DNA of 64,000 nucleotides from Caldilineae bacterium (GCA_020634555.1 JACKBK010000017.1:573-64572), one strand, 5' to 3'. Shown: positions 42,487 through 50,727, counted from the first letter of the stretch. Made by a program: numbers and translations. Notes: generated by a model from the sequence alone, not told the origin.

Positions 42487-42701
42487 CGGTTGTCTCCCTT
42501 CATTTCGTTTTCAGAGTCCTCAAGGCTGCGCCGAACGTACGCCATCAGCTCGCGCAGGTCCGCGAAACCCAGGCGCTCGCCCTGGCTACCGATACGTTCC
42601 AGCGAATAGCGCCAGGATGTTTGCAGCGACCTCGGTATCGTTGACTCGGACCAGCAGGTCAAAACGAACGTTTGGCGCCGGCTCTTGCGCTGAGATGACA
42701 T
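42483..42701 (-). CDS. Cassette C: small (72 aa) conserved protein, paralog of 30166..30402
   Basis: RBS AGGAAG before the ATG at 42701. MSSQRKSRRQTFVLTCWSE...WRYSLERIGSQGERLGFADLRELMAYV. ATGA overlap with the 594-aa gene. Confidence 0.6.
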   Translation of the reverse strand: MSSQRKSRRQTFVLTCWSESTIPRSLQTSWRYSLERIGSQGERLGFADLRELMAYVRRSLEDSENEMKGDNR

Positions 42702-42899
42702 TGTCTTCCTTTCATCCAGGCTATCAGCGGGCCGTTGCCCGCAAACACAACAACTTCTTCCCATGGGAAAACACCACGATCTGCATCTCACCGGACCCTA
42801 CATCCTCCGGTTTAATGCACGCTATCTGGATGTTCCTGACTGCGATCATGGTTTCCTCCTTTGTTAGTTGCGCCGTAACAACTCAGCCGACAGAGTGGT

Positions 42900-42964
42900 G
42901 TCATTCCCGCGAAGGCGGGAATCCTGGGCTGCGAGGAGTGGATTCCCGCCTTCGCGGGAATGAC
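42900..42964. repeat. Inverted pair of REP-type hairpins
   Basis: tcattcccgcgaaggcgggaatcc ... ggattcccgccttcgcgggaatga. This is the same hairpin type as unit A of the 8.5-9.3 kb array. Confidence 0.75.
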
Positions 42965-43035
42965 AGGTGAGCAGTTACATTGCGCCTCGATCAAGTCCGA
43001 CGGAGATGTGTGCTGGCCTCATTGGGCCAGCGCAT

Positions 43036-43064
43036 TTGCTCCATCCTCTTGTCAAGTGTATAGT
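43036..43064 (+). promoter_or_regulatory. Candidate sigma70 promoter for regulator C
   Basis: TTGCTC, 17 bp, TATAGT. It overlaps the opposite-strand -10 of the cassette C promoter. Confidence 0.4.
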
Positions 43065-43095
43065 TTATGTGTCCCTCGTTTGCATATCGTTTGCA
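43062..43095 (-). promoter_or_regulatory. Cassette C: SARP-type promoter (two 11-bp-spaced direct repeats, then 8 nt, then a -10)
   Basis: Minus strand reads TGCAAACGAtaTGCAAACGAgggacacaTAAACT, the same 9-2-9-8-hexamer geometry as cassette B. Confidence 0.5.
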
Positions 43096-43130
43096 GGTGC
43101 CAGATATCCGCAACCGCTATCGGGAGAACA

Positions 43131-46100
43131 GTGAACCCTCGGCAGACTCAACAACCGTCAACCATCCGATTGCTGGGACCGCTGCGGCTCGAGAACCAGG
43201 AAGAGGTAATCACCAACTTCCGGTCTCGCCGCGTTGCCGCGCTGATAGCCTATGCCGTTGTCGAAGCGCGTCCCATCCCACGCGCCGGGTTGGTGGAACT
43301 GCTCTGGCCGGACAAGCCAGAAAAACAGGGACGAGCCAACCTGCGGTGGGCGCTCAACCAGGCAAGCAAACTGTTGCCGGGATGTTGGGAGATCGACCGC
43401 CAGGTTGTGGGGTTCGATCCTGGCCAAAACTGTTATGTCGATCTCCACGCGTTGGAGGCGGCGTTGACCCAGGACGACACCGACATACTGGCACACGAAG
43501 TCGCTGCCGTACAGGGCGATTTCCTGGCGGGCTTCTACCTCGACAATTCGCCCGAATTCGAGAACTGGATGGTCATGGCACGCGAGGCGTGGCGGCGGCT
43601 GATCGAGAATGCGCTGACGCGGCTGATCGACCACTACGCGCACACCAGGCAGTACAGCGACGCACTGCGGTTTGCCCGCCAGCGCCTTGCCATGGATCCC
43701 TGGGTAGAAGAGTCCCATCGGACGGTGATGCAGCTGCTGGTACGGCTGGGCGAGATGGACGCAGCGTTGGCCCAGTTCGAGAGTTGCCAGCGCATTCTGG
43801 CTGATGAATTGGGGGTTGGACCGACGGCTGAAACAGTGGCCCTGGCGCAACGCCTGCGCCAGTTGGCGGCCGGCCCGCGCCATAACCTGCCTGCCCAGCC
43901 TACGCGCTTCGTAGGCCGCGAAGCTGAGCTCGATCTGTTAGCGCAGTGGTTGGCCGATCCCTCTTGCCGAATGATAACCCTGGTGGGGCCAGGCGGTGTG
44001 GGAAAAACGCGCGTGGCGTTGGCAGCGGCGGAACAACAGGCGTCGAACTTCCTTGACGGCGTTACCTTCCTGGCGCTGGCACGGGTCAACCCCGCCAGTG
44101 TGGACGATGCGGGGATTCTTCTCATCACTGCTTTGGTCGATGCGCTGGGGTTGTCGTCTTCCCGGCAACAGTCGCCGCGCGAACATCTGCTCGCTCACCT
44201 GACGAACCAGGAGCGGCTTTTGGTGTTGGACAATTTTGAGCTGCTGTTGGGCGGCGTTGACGTGCTGGTGGAGATTGTACAGCGCGCCCCCGGCGTGAAG
44301 CTGCTGGTAACTTCACAGGAAAGACTCAACGTGCGTTGGGAGCGCATGCTGGCCATCGACGGGCTTCCCTGTCCGGCTTCCGGGGCCGATCCACACTGGC
44401 AGGAGTGCAGCGCAGTGCAGTTGTTTGTCCAGGCCGCGCGCCGGGCGAATCCCGCCATTGCCATCAGCGCCGGTGATCGGGAGTCGGTGGTCCGCATTTG
44501 CCGGCTGGTGGAGGGGTTGCCGCTGGGATTGGAGCTGGCTGCTTCATGGGTGCGCGTCCAAAGCTGCGCTGCGATTGCCGATGAAATCCAGCACAGCTTC
44601 GATGTCCTCAAGGCGCATCAACGCGACCGTCCTGCCCGCCAGCAAAGCATGCGTTCGGTCTTCGACCATTCCTGGCAACTTCTCTCACCGGCCGAACAGG
44701 CGACATTGAGCCAGATAGCGATCTTACAGGGAGAGTTCACCTTCCCGGCCGCATATGAGGTAGCCGGTGCGACCTGGGAGGTGCTATCGACGCTGGTCGA
44801 CAAATCACTTTTACGTCAGAGTTCGGTAATCGAAGCCGACAGGTCACAAGAGACAGCACACCGCACCGGTCGTGCCGAGATAGCTTTTGCGCTGCACGCG
44901 CTGGTACGCCAATACGCCTTCGAGCGCCTGAAAAGCGACCCGGCGCAGGAGCTGGCCGCTCGTCAGCGCCATGCCCGTTATTACGCCGCACTGCTGGCGG
45001 AGAACGGCAGCCACCTGCGCAGCGGCCCGCAGCAGACCATCGCCATGGCCCTGATGGAGCGGGAGATCTCAAACATCCGGGCTGCCTGGGAGTGGGCCAT
45101 CGCACAACCGAAAGTGGAGCTGATCACCCAACTGCTGCCAGAGCTTGCCTTCTACTTCGACCTCCGCAATCCGGCCGACGGCGCCCAGTTGATGAACCGT
45201 TCAGCAAAGGTGTTGTTGGACGCCAGTTCACGAGAACCGGCCGTGGAACTGGCCAGAGCACGCATCCTGCTCGATCAGGTTCGATTTGCTCTGGCAACCG
45301 GCAAACGCCGCGATGAGGCCGTGCATGAGATGCAGGCATACCTGGCCTTGTTTGAACAGAAGGAGGCGCACCACGACATTGCCCGAACGCTGCACTATCT
45401 GGGCAATGCTTACTACCCCGATCAACTGGAGCGGGCGACTTGCTATTGGCAGCGCAGCCTCGAACTCTACCGGCAGACAGGCGACCGCTGGGCAATGGCC
45501 CGGATACTGATGAATCTAGGTGTAACCGCCGGCACCTTCAACCAGGCGCGCACGTTTTACCGGGAAAGCATGCGACTGTGCCGTGCGCTGGATGACCAGG
45601 TGCTGGAAGGACATCTGATGTTCCACCTCGCGAACATCGAAGAACAGTTGGGCAACTACGCCGCGGCTGAAGATCTGGCAGCGAGATCTGTCGAACAGCT
45701 ACGAGCGGTCGGCGACCCCTACAATTTATTCATCGGTCTGATCAACCTGGTTGCTGCGCTGCAAGGCCAGGGAAAGCTCGACCAGGCGCGCCGCTCTCTC
45801 CACGAGGCCGAGGTGATCACTCAAATGTCGGGAACACACTGGAACAGGATGTTGCTGGCGTTGTATTGGGGCCGGCAGACGCTGGCGGAGGGTGACGTCG
45901 AGAGGGCCGAACGGCTGTTTCAAGGCTCGCTGGCAGACGCCGAGTCGACGAAATATGTCGGGCACATTCAGCAATGCATGATCAGCCTTGGCCGGATCTG
46001 CCTGGATCAAGGGCGTGACATCGAAGCCCGCGACTGGTTTGAGCGAAGCCTGCAAGCCAACGATCAGCAAGACCGCAAGAGCGGCACCTGCCGGCTGGAA

Positions 46101-46268
46101 GCATTGGTACATCTCGGGGAAATCGAACTGCGGGCGGGTGAGGCAGCCGGGTCAAAAGCCCACTTCCAGGCCGCGTACGACCAGGCTGTGGCAATCGGCG
46201 CAGAAGTTGTATGGCGCCGCCTGATGCACCGGCAGAACCATGCTCACCAGCCCCAGGGCACACACTGA
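43131..46268 (+). CDS. Cassette C regulator: AfsR-like SARP, NB-ARC/STAND ATPase and TPR
   Basis: GTG start after GGGAGA. IRLLGPLRLENQEEVITNFRSRRVAALIAYAVV, PEFENWMVMAREAWRRL, EESHRTVMQLLVRLGEMDAALAQFESCQRILADELGVGP, GPGGVGKTRVAL, LLVLDNFELL, TPR-like C-terminus. Confidence 0.8.
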   Translation: MNPRQTQQPSTIRLLGPLRLENQEEVITNFRSRRVAALIAYAVVEARPIPRAGLVELLWPDKPEKQGRANLRWALNQASKLLPGCWEIDRQVVGFDPGQNCYVDLHALEAALTQDDTDILAHEVAAVQGDFLAGFYLDNSPEFENWMVMAREAWRRLIENALTRLIDHYAHTRQYSDALRFARQRLAMDPWVEESHRTVMQLLVRLGEMDAALAQFESCQRILADELGVGPTAETVALAQRLRQLAAGPRHNLPAQPTRFVGREAELDLLAQWLADPSCRMITLVGPGGVGKTRVALAAAEQQASNFLDGVTFLALARVNPASVDDAGILLITALVDALGLSSSRQQSPREHLLAHLTNQERLLVLDNFELLLGGVDVLVEIVQRAPGVKLLVTSQERLNVRWERMLAIDGLPCPASGADPHWQECSAVQLFVQAARRANPAIAISAGDRESVVRICRLVEGLPLGLELAASWVRVQSCAAIADEIQHSFDVLKAHQRDRPARQQSMRSVFDHSWQLLSPAEQATLSQIAILQGEFTFPAAYEVAGATWEVLSTLVDKSLLRQSSVIEADRSQETAHRTGRAEIAFALHALVRQYAFERLKSDPAQELAARQRHARYYAALLAENGSHLRSGPQQTIAMALMEREISNIRAAWEWAIAQPKVELITQLLPELAFYFDLRNPADGAQLMNRSAKVLLDASSREPAVELARARILLDQVRFALATGKRRDEAVHEMQAYLALFEQKEAHHDIARTLHYLGNAYYPDQLERATCYWQRSLELYRQTGDRWAMARILMNLGVTAGTFNQARTFYRESMRLCRALDDQVLEGHLMFHLANIEEQLGNYAAAEDLAARSVEQLRAVGDPYNLFIGLINLVAALQGQGKLDQARRSLHEAEVITQMSGTHWNRMLLALYWGRQTLAEGDVERAERLFQGSLADAESTKYVGHIQQCMISLGRICLDQGRDIEARDWFERSLQANDQQDRKSGTCRLEALVHLGEIELRAGEAAGSKAHFQAAYDQAVAIGAEVVWRRLMHRQNHAHQPQGTH

Positions 46269-46434
46269 ATTAGTCGGACTCCGCGGCATATGTTGCCGGC
46301 TGGCGGGACCCCGTCCTCGGAGGAACGAGATCAACCAGTTGACGCCTGTATCGTCGTTGATCAGGTTGACGGAAGGCGACCCTTTCGAGTAAACAGATCT
46401 CGAGCAATCGCCTGCGTGCTGTTCAACGTCAGTG

Positions 46435-46463
46435 TTGCGCCTCAACAGGAGGTCAGGTATAAT
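46435..46463 (+). promoter_or_regulatory. Sigma70-type promoter for the YtxH-like gene
   Basis: TTGCGC, 17 bp, TATAAT. AAGGAG RBS at ~46489. Confidence 0.7.
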
Positions 46464-46503
46464 CGCGACGCAACAGCAATCCAACCTTTAAGGAGCTTCC
46501 CCA

Positions 46504-46758
46504 ATGTTCGGTTCACTCATAAAGTTGGCAGGCGGTCTGATTATCGGCGCGGCGGTGGGAGTGGCCGCGGCCGCCATCCTGGCGCCCAAGCGCGGCGAGG
46601 AGATGCAGAACGACATCAAAGCCTACCTGGACGAAGTACGCAACGCGGGCGCAGTCGCTGAGGCGCAACGCCGGGCTGAACTTCAGTCGAAGTTCCGCGC
46701 GGCCAAGCAGTCCGGCCCCGCCGAGCTCGACATCAACCTCAACATCAATCGCGATTAA
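46504..46758 (+). CDS. YtxH-like small membrane-anchored stress protein
   Basis: N-terminal helix GGLIIGAAVGVAAAAILAPKRGEEMQNDIKAYLDEV is typical of YtxH-domain proteins. Confidence 0.7.
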   Translation: MFGSLIKLAGGLIIGAAVGVAAAAILAPKRGEEMQNDIKAYLDEVRNAGAVAEAQRRAELQSKFRAAKQSGPAELDINLNINRD

Positions 46759-47596
46759 TAGCTTCGGCGCCGGCCTGGCAGTGCGGACAGAAATGTGTGC
46801 TGCGCTGTGCGATTCGCACTCGCTGGATGGTGGCGCCGCAGACCCGGCACGGCTCACCGGCCCGCCCGTACACCTGATGGCGGTCCTGGTAGCGGCCTGT
46901 CATGCCGGCAGGCCGGCGATAGTTGGTGATACTGCTGCGCCCCAACGTGCTGCCCCCCTCGCGGATGGCCGTCGCCAGCGTCTGGCGGATGGCGCTGTGC
47001 AGCCGGTTGCAGTCGGCCAACGTCAGCGCATATCCAGGGCTTAGCGGGTGAATGCCGGCCTGAAACAGCGCTTCGTCGGCGTAGATGTTGCCCAGGCCAG
47101 CCACCACGGACTGGTTCAGCAACAGCCCCTTGATAGCAGCCCGGCGGCCTTGAATTCTGGCAAACAACTCAACAGGGGTAAACGACTCGCTGAGCGGTTC
47201 AGGACCGAGTTTCTCCAGCGCGGCCTGCGGCGTGCGCGTCAGGAGAAAGCGGCCAAACTTACGGGGGTCCTGGTAACGCAACTCCGCGCCGTCGCTCAGC
47301 GCGAAAACAAGGTGGTCATGGACGCCGGCCGGCTCTTCCGGCGCTGCCACATGCAACTGGCCGGTCATCCTCAAGTGGACCATGAGCGTCTGGCCGTCGT
47401 CCAACGCAAAGAGCAGATACTTGCCCCGACGGTCGGCATTGACGATCTGGCGGCCCAGCAGACGTTCCGTGAACTCCTCCGGTGGCATCCCGCTCAGCAG
47501 GCGCGGCCAGCGGATATCGACTCCTTCAAAGCGCCGTCCCACCAGCAGTGGTTTCAGATCGCGTACAGTGTTCTCGACTTCCGGCAGTTCTGGCAT
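46745..47596 (-). CDS. mutM: Formamidopyrimidine-DNA glycosylase
   Basis: MPELPEVE N-terminus and a C-terminal zinc finger CRVCGATIQRVRIAQRSTHFCPHCQ. Confidence 0.9.
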   Translation of the reverse strand: MPELPEVENTVRDLKPLLVGRRFEGVDIRWPRLLSGMPPEEFTERLLGRQIVNADRRGKYLLFALDDGQTLMVHLRMTGQLHVAAPEEPAGVHDHLVFALSDGAELRYQDPRKFGRFLLTRTPQAALEKLGPEPLSESFTPVELFARIQGRRAAIKGLLLNQSVVAGLGNIYADEALFQAGIHPLSPGYALTLADCNRLHSAIRQTLATAIREGGSTLGRSSITNYRRPAGMTGRYQDRHQVYGRAGEPCRVCGATIQRVRIAQRSTHFCPHCQAGAEAINRD

Positions 47597-47602
47597 GGGG
47601 GT

Positions 47603-47608
47603 ATTCTA
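47603..47608 (-). promoter_or_regulatory. Candidate -10 (TAGAAT) 6 nt upstream of the mutM ATG, implying a leaderless or near-leaderless transcript
   Basis: Minus strand reads ggtgTAGAATacccccATG. There is no Shine-Dalgarno sequence. Confidence 0.4.
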
Positions 47609-47654
47609 CACCAGCAGCAGCCCGCCAGCGAAACCGGCACGTCTGCCTATTTCA

Positions 47655-47753
47655 CCCCTACTCCTACTCTTACTTCTACTCCTCCTCTCATTCCAGATTT
47701 GAGTACGAGGATGAGTAAGAGTAGGAGTAGAGAGGAAGAGTAGGAGTAGGAGG
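47655..47753. repeat. Polypyrimidine / polypurine inverted repeat (imperfect long hairpin)
   Basis: cccctactcctactcttacttctactcctcctctcat ... atgagtaagagtaggagtagagaggaagagtaggagtaggagg. Confidence 0.7.
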
Positions 47754-47765
47754 AAGAGATAAGAA

Positions 47766-47797
47766 GACGAAAAAGCGCCCTCCATGTGGAAGGCGCT
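47766..47797 (-). terminator. Rho-independent terminator of the anti-sigma gene
   Basis: Minus strand reads agcgccttcc-acat-ggagggcgct followed by TTTTTcgtcttctt. Confidence 0.7.
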
Positions 47798-47822
47798 GTG
47801 TAGTTGCCAAAAGTTAGTTCCG

Positions 47823-48398
47823 TCAGAGCCGGACCAGACGCCAGCTTGCAGCCAGCAACAAAAGCAGCAGGACCGCAAGTCCAATCTCCAGCGCCAACAG
47901 CGTAGCAGGCGGCAGGCTCAGGAACGTAGTCTGCGATTGGACGCCTGACTCGGTCGTCGCTGTCTTGGCCGCGAGAATGCCCGTTGGGTCTCCCTGGTCG
48001 GGCGCCAACCCGCCAGACGGCGCCACCAGCGCACTGGATGGCCCATCGCCGACCAGTCGCCACTGAGTGCTCACATCGCCAACTACAAACACAAGCAGCA
48101 ATACCGCGACCATCGCCGCGGCCAACCGCAGATGCATCGGCTGCAGCCATGCCAGCCAACCGGCCGGCTGCGGCGAACGAACACCGGCCATCGACTCGTT
48201 CAGCGTGAACGCTCGCGGCACAGGAACACGCGGCGTCTCCGCTAAAAGCTGGCGGGTGTAGGCCAGGGTTTGCAGGTCGCGGCGGCTAGCCGCGTCCTGA
48301 TCCACCAGCGCGGCCAGCCGCGCCTCATCTCCGGGCGAAAGCTCTCCGTCCAGCGACGCCGAAAGCAGTTGATCACGATCGTTAGTGCGGTAGTTCAT
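47823..48398 (-). CDS. Putative anti-sigma factor (single TM helix), cotranscribed with the ECF sigma
   Basis: LSASLDGELSPGDEARLAALVDQDAASRRDLQTL is a typical anti-sigma N-terminal helix, and a TM helix LRLAAAMVAVLLLVFVV is present. It lies immediately downstream of the sigma gene. The start is uncertain (ATG 48398 or TTG 48422). Confidence 0.55.
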   Translation of the reverse strand: MNYRTNDRDQLLSASLDGELSPGDEARLAALVDQDAASRRDLQTLAYTRQLLAETPRVPVPRAFTLNESMAGVRSPQPAGWLAWLQPMHLRLAAAMVAVLLLVFVVGDVSTQWRLVGDGPSSALVAPSGGLAPDQGDPTGILAAKTATTESGVQSQTTFLSLPPATLLALEIGLAVLLLLLLAASWRLVRL

Positions 48399-48463
48399 AG
48401 GGTGGTTGAGTACTTTGGGCAATCCGTTATACCTGTTGACAAAATCCGTTGACTATTTGTCCG

Positions 48464-49054
48464 TCAGTCGTTTTCTAGACGATAGCGCGACGGTAAAAGT
48501 TCCTGCCGCTCCAGCAAAAAATCGCGCAGTTTGGCCCGCGCCCGACTTAGCCGCGACTTGACGGTGCCCAGCGAGGTGCCCATCGCCTGCGAGATCTCCT
48601 CGTAGCTAAGTCCTTCGATGTCGGACAGCACCAGCACCGTGCGCTGTTCGATGGGCAGTGTCGCGATCCCCTGCTGAATGAGCGCCGACAACTCCTGGCG
48701 CAGCGTGTAGTCCGAGGGCGCCTCCAGTGGATCGACCAGTTGGCCAACGTATTCCGGGTCAGTGGAGAGGTCCTCCAGCGAGCTGGCAGGCCGGCGCTGC
48801 ACTCGTCGCAGGTAGTCGTAGCATGAATTGGTAACGATGCGCAGCAGCCAGGCCTTAAACGACCCGCCGCGATACTGGCCCAGATTGCGATACGCCTTGA
48901 TAAAGGCCTCCTGGGTAGCATCCTGGGCCGAGTCCCCTGTGCCGAGAATACGAAAGGCCAGATTATACGCCATGGACTGGTAGGAAAGGACCAATTGGTT
49001 GAACGCAGACAGATCCCCGCGGCTTGCTGCCTCGATCAGACGTTGCTCATCCAT
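48464..49054 (-). CDS. ECF-type RNA polymerase sigma-70 factor
   Basis: Region 2 DATQEAFIKAYRNLGQYRGGSFKAWLLRIVTNSCYDYLRR and region 4 LPIEQRTVLVLSDIEGLSYEEISQAMGTSLGTVKSRLSRARAKL. The ORF upstream of the ATG at 49054 is an antisense translation of the tRNA. Confidence 0.85.
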   Translation of the reverse strand: MDEQRLIEAASRGDLSAFNQLVLSYQSMAYNLAFRILGTGDSAQDATQEAFIKAYRNLGQYRGGSFKAWLLRIVTNSCYDYLRRVQRRPASSLEDLSTDPEYVGQLVDPLEAPSDYTLRQELSALIQQGIATLPIEQRTVLVLSDIEGLSYEEISQAMGTSLGTVKSRLSRARAKLRDFLLERQELLPSRYRLEND

Positions 49055-49076
49055 AGAAGTCGGATTAGTGATAAGT

Positions 49077-49105
49077 TTGACGAAATAGATTGCATGGGCT
49101 ATACT
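49077..49105 (+). promoter_or_regulatory. Sigma70-type promoter of tRNA-Leu
   Basis: TTGACG, 17 bp, TATACT, ending 18 nt before the mature tRNA 5' end. Confidence 0.65.
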
Positions 49106-49122
49106 CGTGACGATTCTGCAAT

Positions 49123-49207
49123 GCCGAAGTGGCGGAACAGGCAGACGCGACGGTCTCAAAAACCGTTGAGCATCACGCTCATGTGGGTTCGAGTCCCACC
49201 TTCGGCA
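49123..49207 (+). tRNA. tRNA-Leu (anticodon CAA), class II with a long variable arm
   Basis: Hand-folded: acceptor GCCGAAG/CTTCGGC, anticodon stem ACGGT/ACCGT with loop CT-CAA-AA, variable arm TGAGC-ATCAC-GCTCA, T arm GTGGG-TTCGAGT-CCCAC, discriminator A. CCA is not fully encoded. Confidence 0.9.
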
Positions 49208-49307
49208 CCTGGTTGGAACCGAGATATTATACGTCGGCTCGACCATTTTGCTAAGTTTGAAGGAGTGAGAAGGGAATTGGCCGCCCGGCGGTGCGATTCC
49301 CTTGTCT

Positions 49308-50612
49308 ATGTCAGCTTTGAAAACAACACATCACGCAACGCATCGACGGCGGTACAGCTTTTTGGCTGCGCTGCTGTTGGCGGCGGTGGTCCTCAGCGGA
49401 TGTCCCGCTGGCGACAATGGGGCGGGCAGCCCTGCCACAGCCGAAGAACGTAACGCATCCATCATCGCCATCGCCGACCAGTTCTCGGCTACCCAGGACC
49501 TGGAAGCCGCGCAAGTGGCCCTCAACGCGCTGGATCTATCTGCTGCCCCGCAAGCGGTGCTGGCCCTGGCCGAGTCCTATATCGCGTTGGGCCAGGACAG
49601 CGGCACGACCCTCAAGCTGGTGAACCTGGCCGAGGGTCTGGGCATGTCCAGCCGCATGACGAATGACTTCGTGGCCGCGGCCGCAGCCAGCGGCGCCGAT
49701 GTTCCGGTCGCGCTGGAGCCGCCAGCCACCGACACCCCGGTTCCGACCGACACTCCGGAACCAACGGCTACGTCCACGGACACGCCGGCTCCTACCGACA
49801 CGCCCACCGAAGTCCCAGAACCCAGCGATACGCCGACGGAAACTCCTGTCCCGCAGCCAGTAGTCGTTGTCGACTCGCAAATGAACGTGCGCGGCGGTCC
49901 CGGCACCAGTTATCCGATCCTGGATCAAGTGCAGGCCGGCGACGAACTAGTGGTCTCAGCGCGCAGCCAGGACGGTGAGTGGTGGCAGGTCATCTTGGCC
50001 AACGGCAGTGAAGGCTGGTTGGCAGCGTCGCTGGTGACGCCCAGCGGACCGACCGGCGATGTGCAGGTTGCGCAAAACGTCGCGCCGCCGCCTACCGCGC
50101 GGCCCACAAACACAGCCGCAGCGCCACCGCCGGCAGCCGCTCCAACCGATACGCCTCGCCCCCAATCGTCAACACCATACGTGCTAACTGAGTTCCGCCT
50201 CAGACCAGTTGGCCAGGACGCCCAGCGCTGCACCGGCGGCGACCACAACATCTTCGTCAAGGTCGTCGACGCCGGAGGCAATCCGATCGACGGCGTGCGT
50301 GTTCGAGAAATCTACACTGGTCAGATCCATGTTACCGGAGACCAGGGGAAGGGACCAGGCAGAGTGGAGTACGACATCTACCGCGGCGGCGGCGGCGTGG
50401 TAGAGATTATCGATGAGGCCGGCAATCCGCTCAGCCCGCAAACGCCCGGCATGAGCGCCGATTGGCCCGCATTCGACCTGATACTTGGCGGTGGTTACTG
50501 CAACTGCAAGCCTCATCCCGATGCGGACAGTTGCCGGGCGGACCTTGAGAGCAAACAATATCTGTTTGCCGTTGGCCACTACGTCTACGAAGTAACGTTC
50601 CAGCGCTCATAA
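49308..50612 (+). CDS. Lipoprotein with a TPR-like region, Thr/Pro linker, bacterial SH3 domain and a C-terminal Cys-containing domain shared with the next gene
   Basis: Lipobox VVLSGC. SH3-like VVVVDSQMNVRGGPGTSYPILDQVQAGDELVVSARSQDGEWWQV. C-terminal CTGGDHNIFVKVVDAGGNPIDG...KGPGRVEY...YVYEVTFQRS. Confidence 0.75.
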   Translation: MSALKTTHHATHRRRYSFLAALLLAAVVLSGCPAGDNGAGSPATAEERNASIIAIADQFSATQDLEAAQVALNALDLSAAPQAVLALAESYIALGQDSGTTLKLVNLAEGLGMSSRMTNDFVAAAAASGADVPVALEPPATDTPVPTDTPEPTATSTDTPAPTDTPTEVPEPSDTPTETPVPQPVVVVDSQMNVRGGPGTSYPILDQVQAGDELVVSARSQDGEWWQVILANGSEGWLAASLVTPSGPTGDVQVAQNVAPPPTARPTNTAAAPPPAAAPTDTPRPQSSTPYVLTEFRLRPVGQDAQRCTGGDHNIFVKVVDAGGNPIDGVRVREIYTGQIHVTGDQGKGPGRVEYDIYRGGGGVVEIIDEAGNPLSPQTPGMSADWPAFDLILGGGYCNCKPHPDADSCRADLESKQYLFAVGHYVYEVTFQRS

Positions 50613-50727
50613 CACATCCATCTGCGCCGGACAACAGGCCAACCACCTGACAAGCTCGTTCCGCTATCGTCCGTTTGCGATACCAAATGCTTGTCTCTAA
50701 CCCTTGAAGAAAAGGAGATGCGCCCCC

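Noticed and set aside
42960-43130. Upstream part of the regulator C ORF (starting MTGEQLHCAS...)
   Set aside because: It overlaps the REP pair and the promoter and direct-repeat region. SARP homology starts at ...STIRLLGP, and a GTG with a GGGAGA RBS at 43131 fits the N-terminal lengths of the paralogs.
30588-46268. The three large P-loop/TPR STAND proteins as Avs-like antiphage NTPases
   Set aside because: Their N-terminal output domain is a SARP-type wHTH plus BTAD DNA-binding module, not a nuclease, protease or other effector. Each faces an operon with SARP-style direct-repeat promoter elements. A transcription-activator role fits better. A defence role cannot be fully excluded from sequence alone.
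49055-49246. N-terminal 64-aa extension of the sigma factor ORF
   Set aside because: It is the reverse-complement reading of tRNA-Leu and its promoter (RRWDSNPHE is the T-arm). Sigma region 1.2/2 homology begins right after the ATG at 49054.
49210-49260. GGAAC ... CGTC on the plus strand upstream of the SH3 lipoprotein gene as an ECF-dependent promoter
   Set aside because: Only 12 nt separate the two elements, whereas ECF promoters usually have about 16-17. The call cannot be supported by eye.
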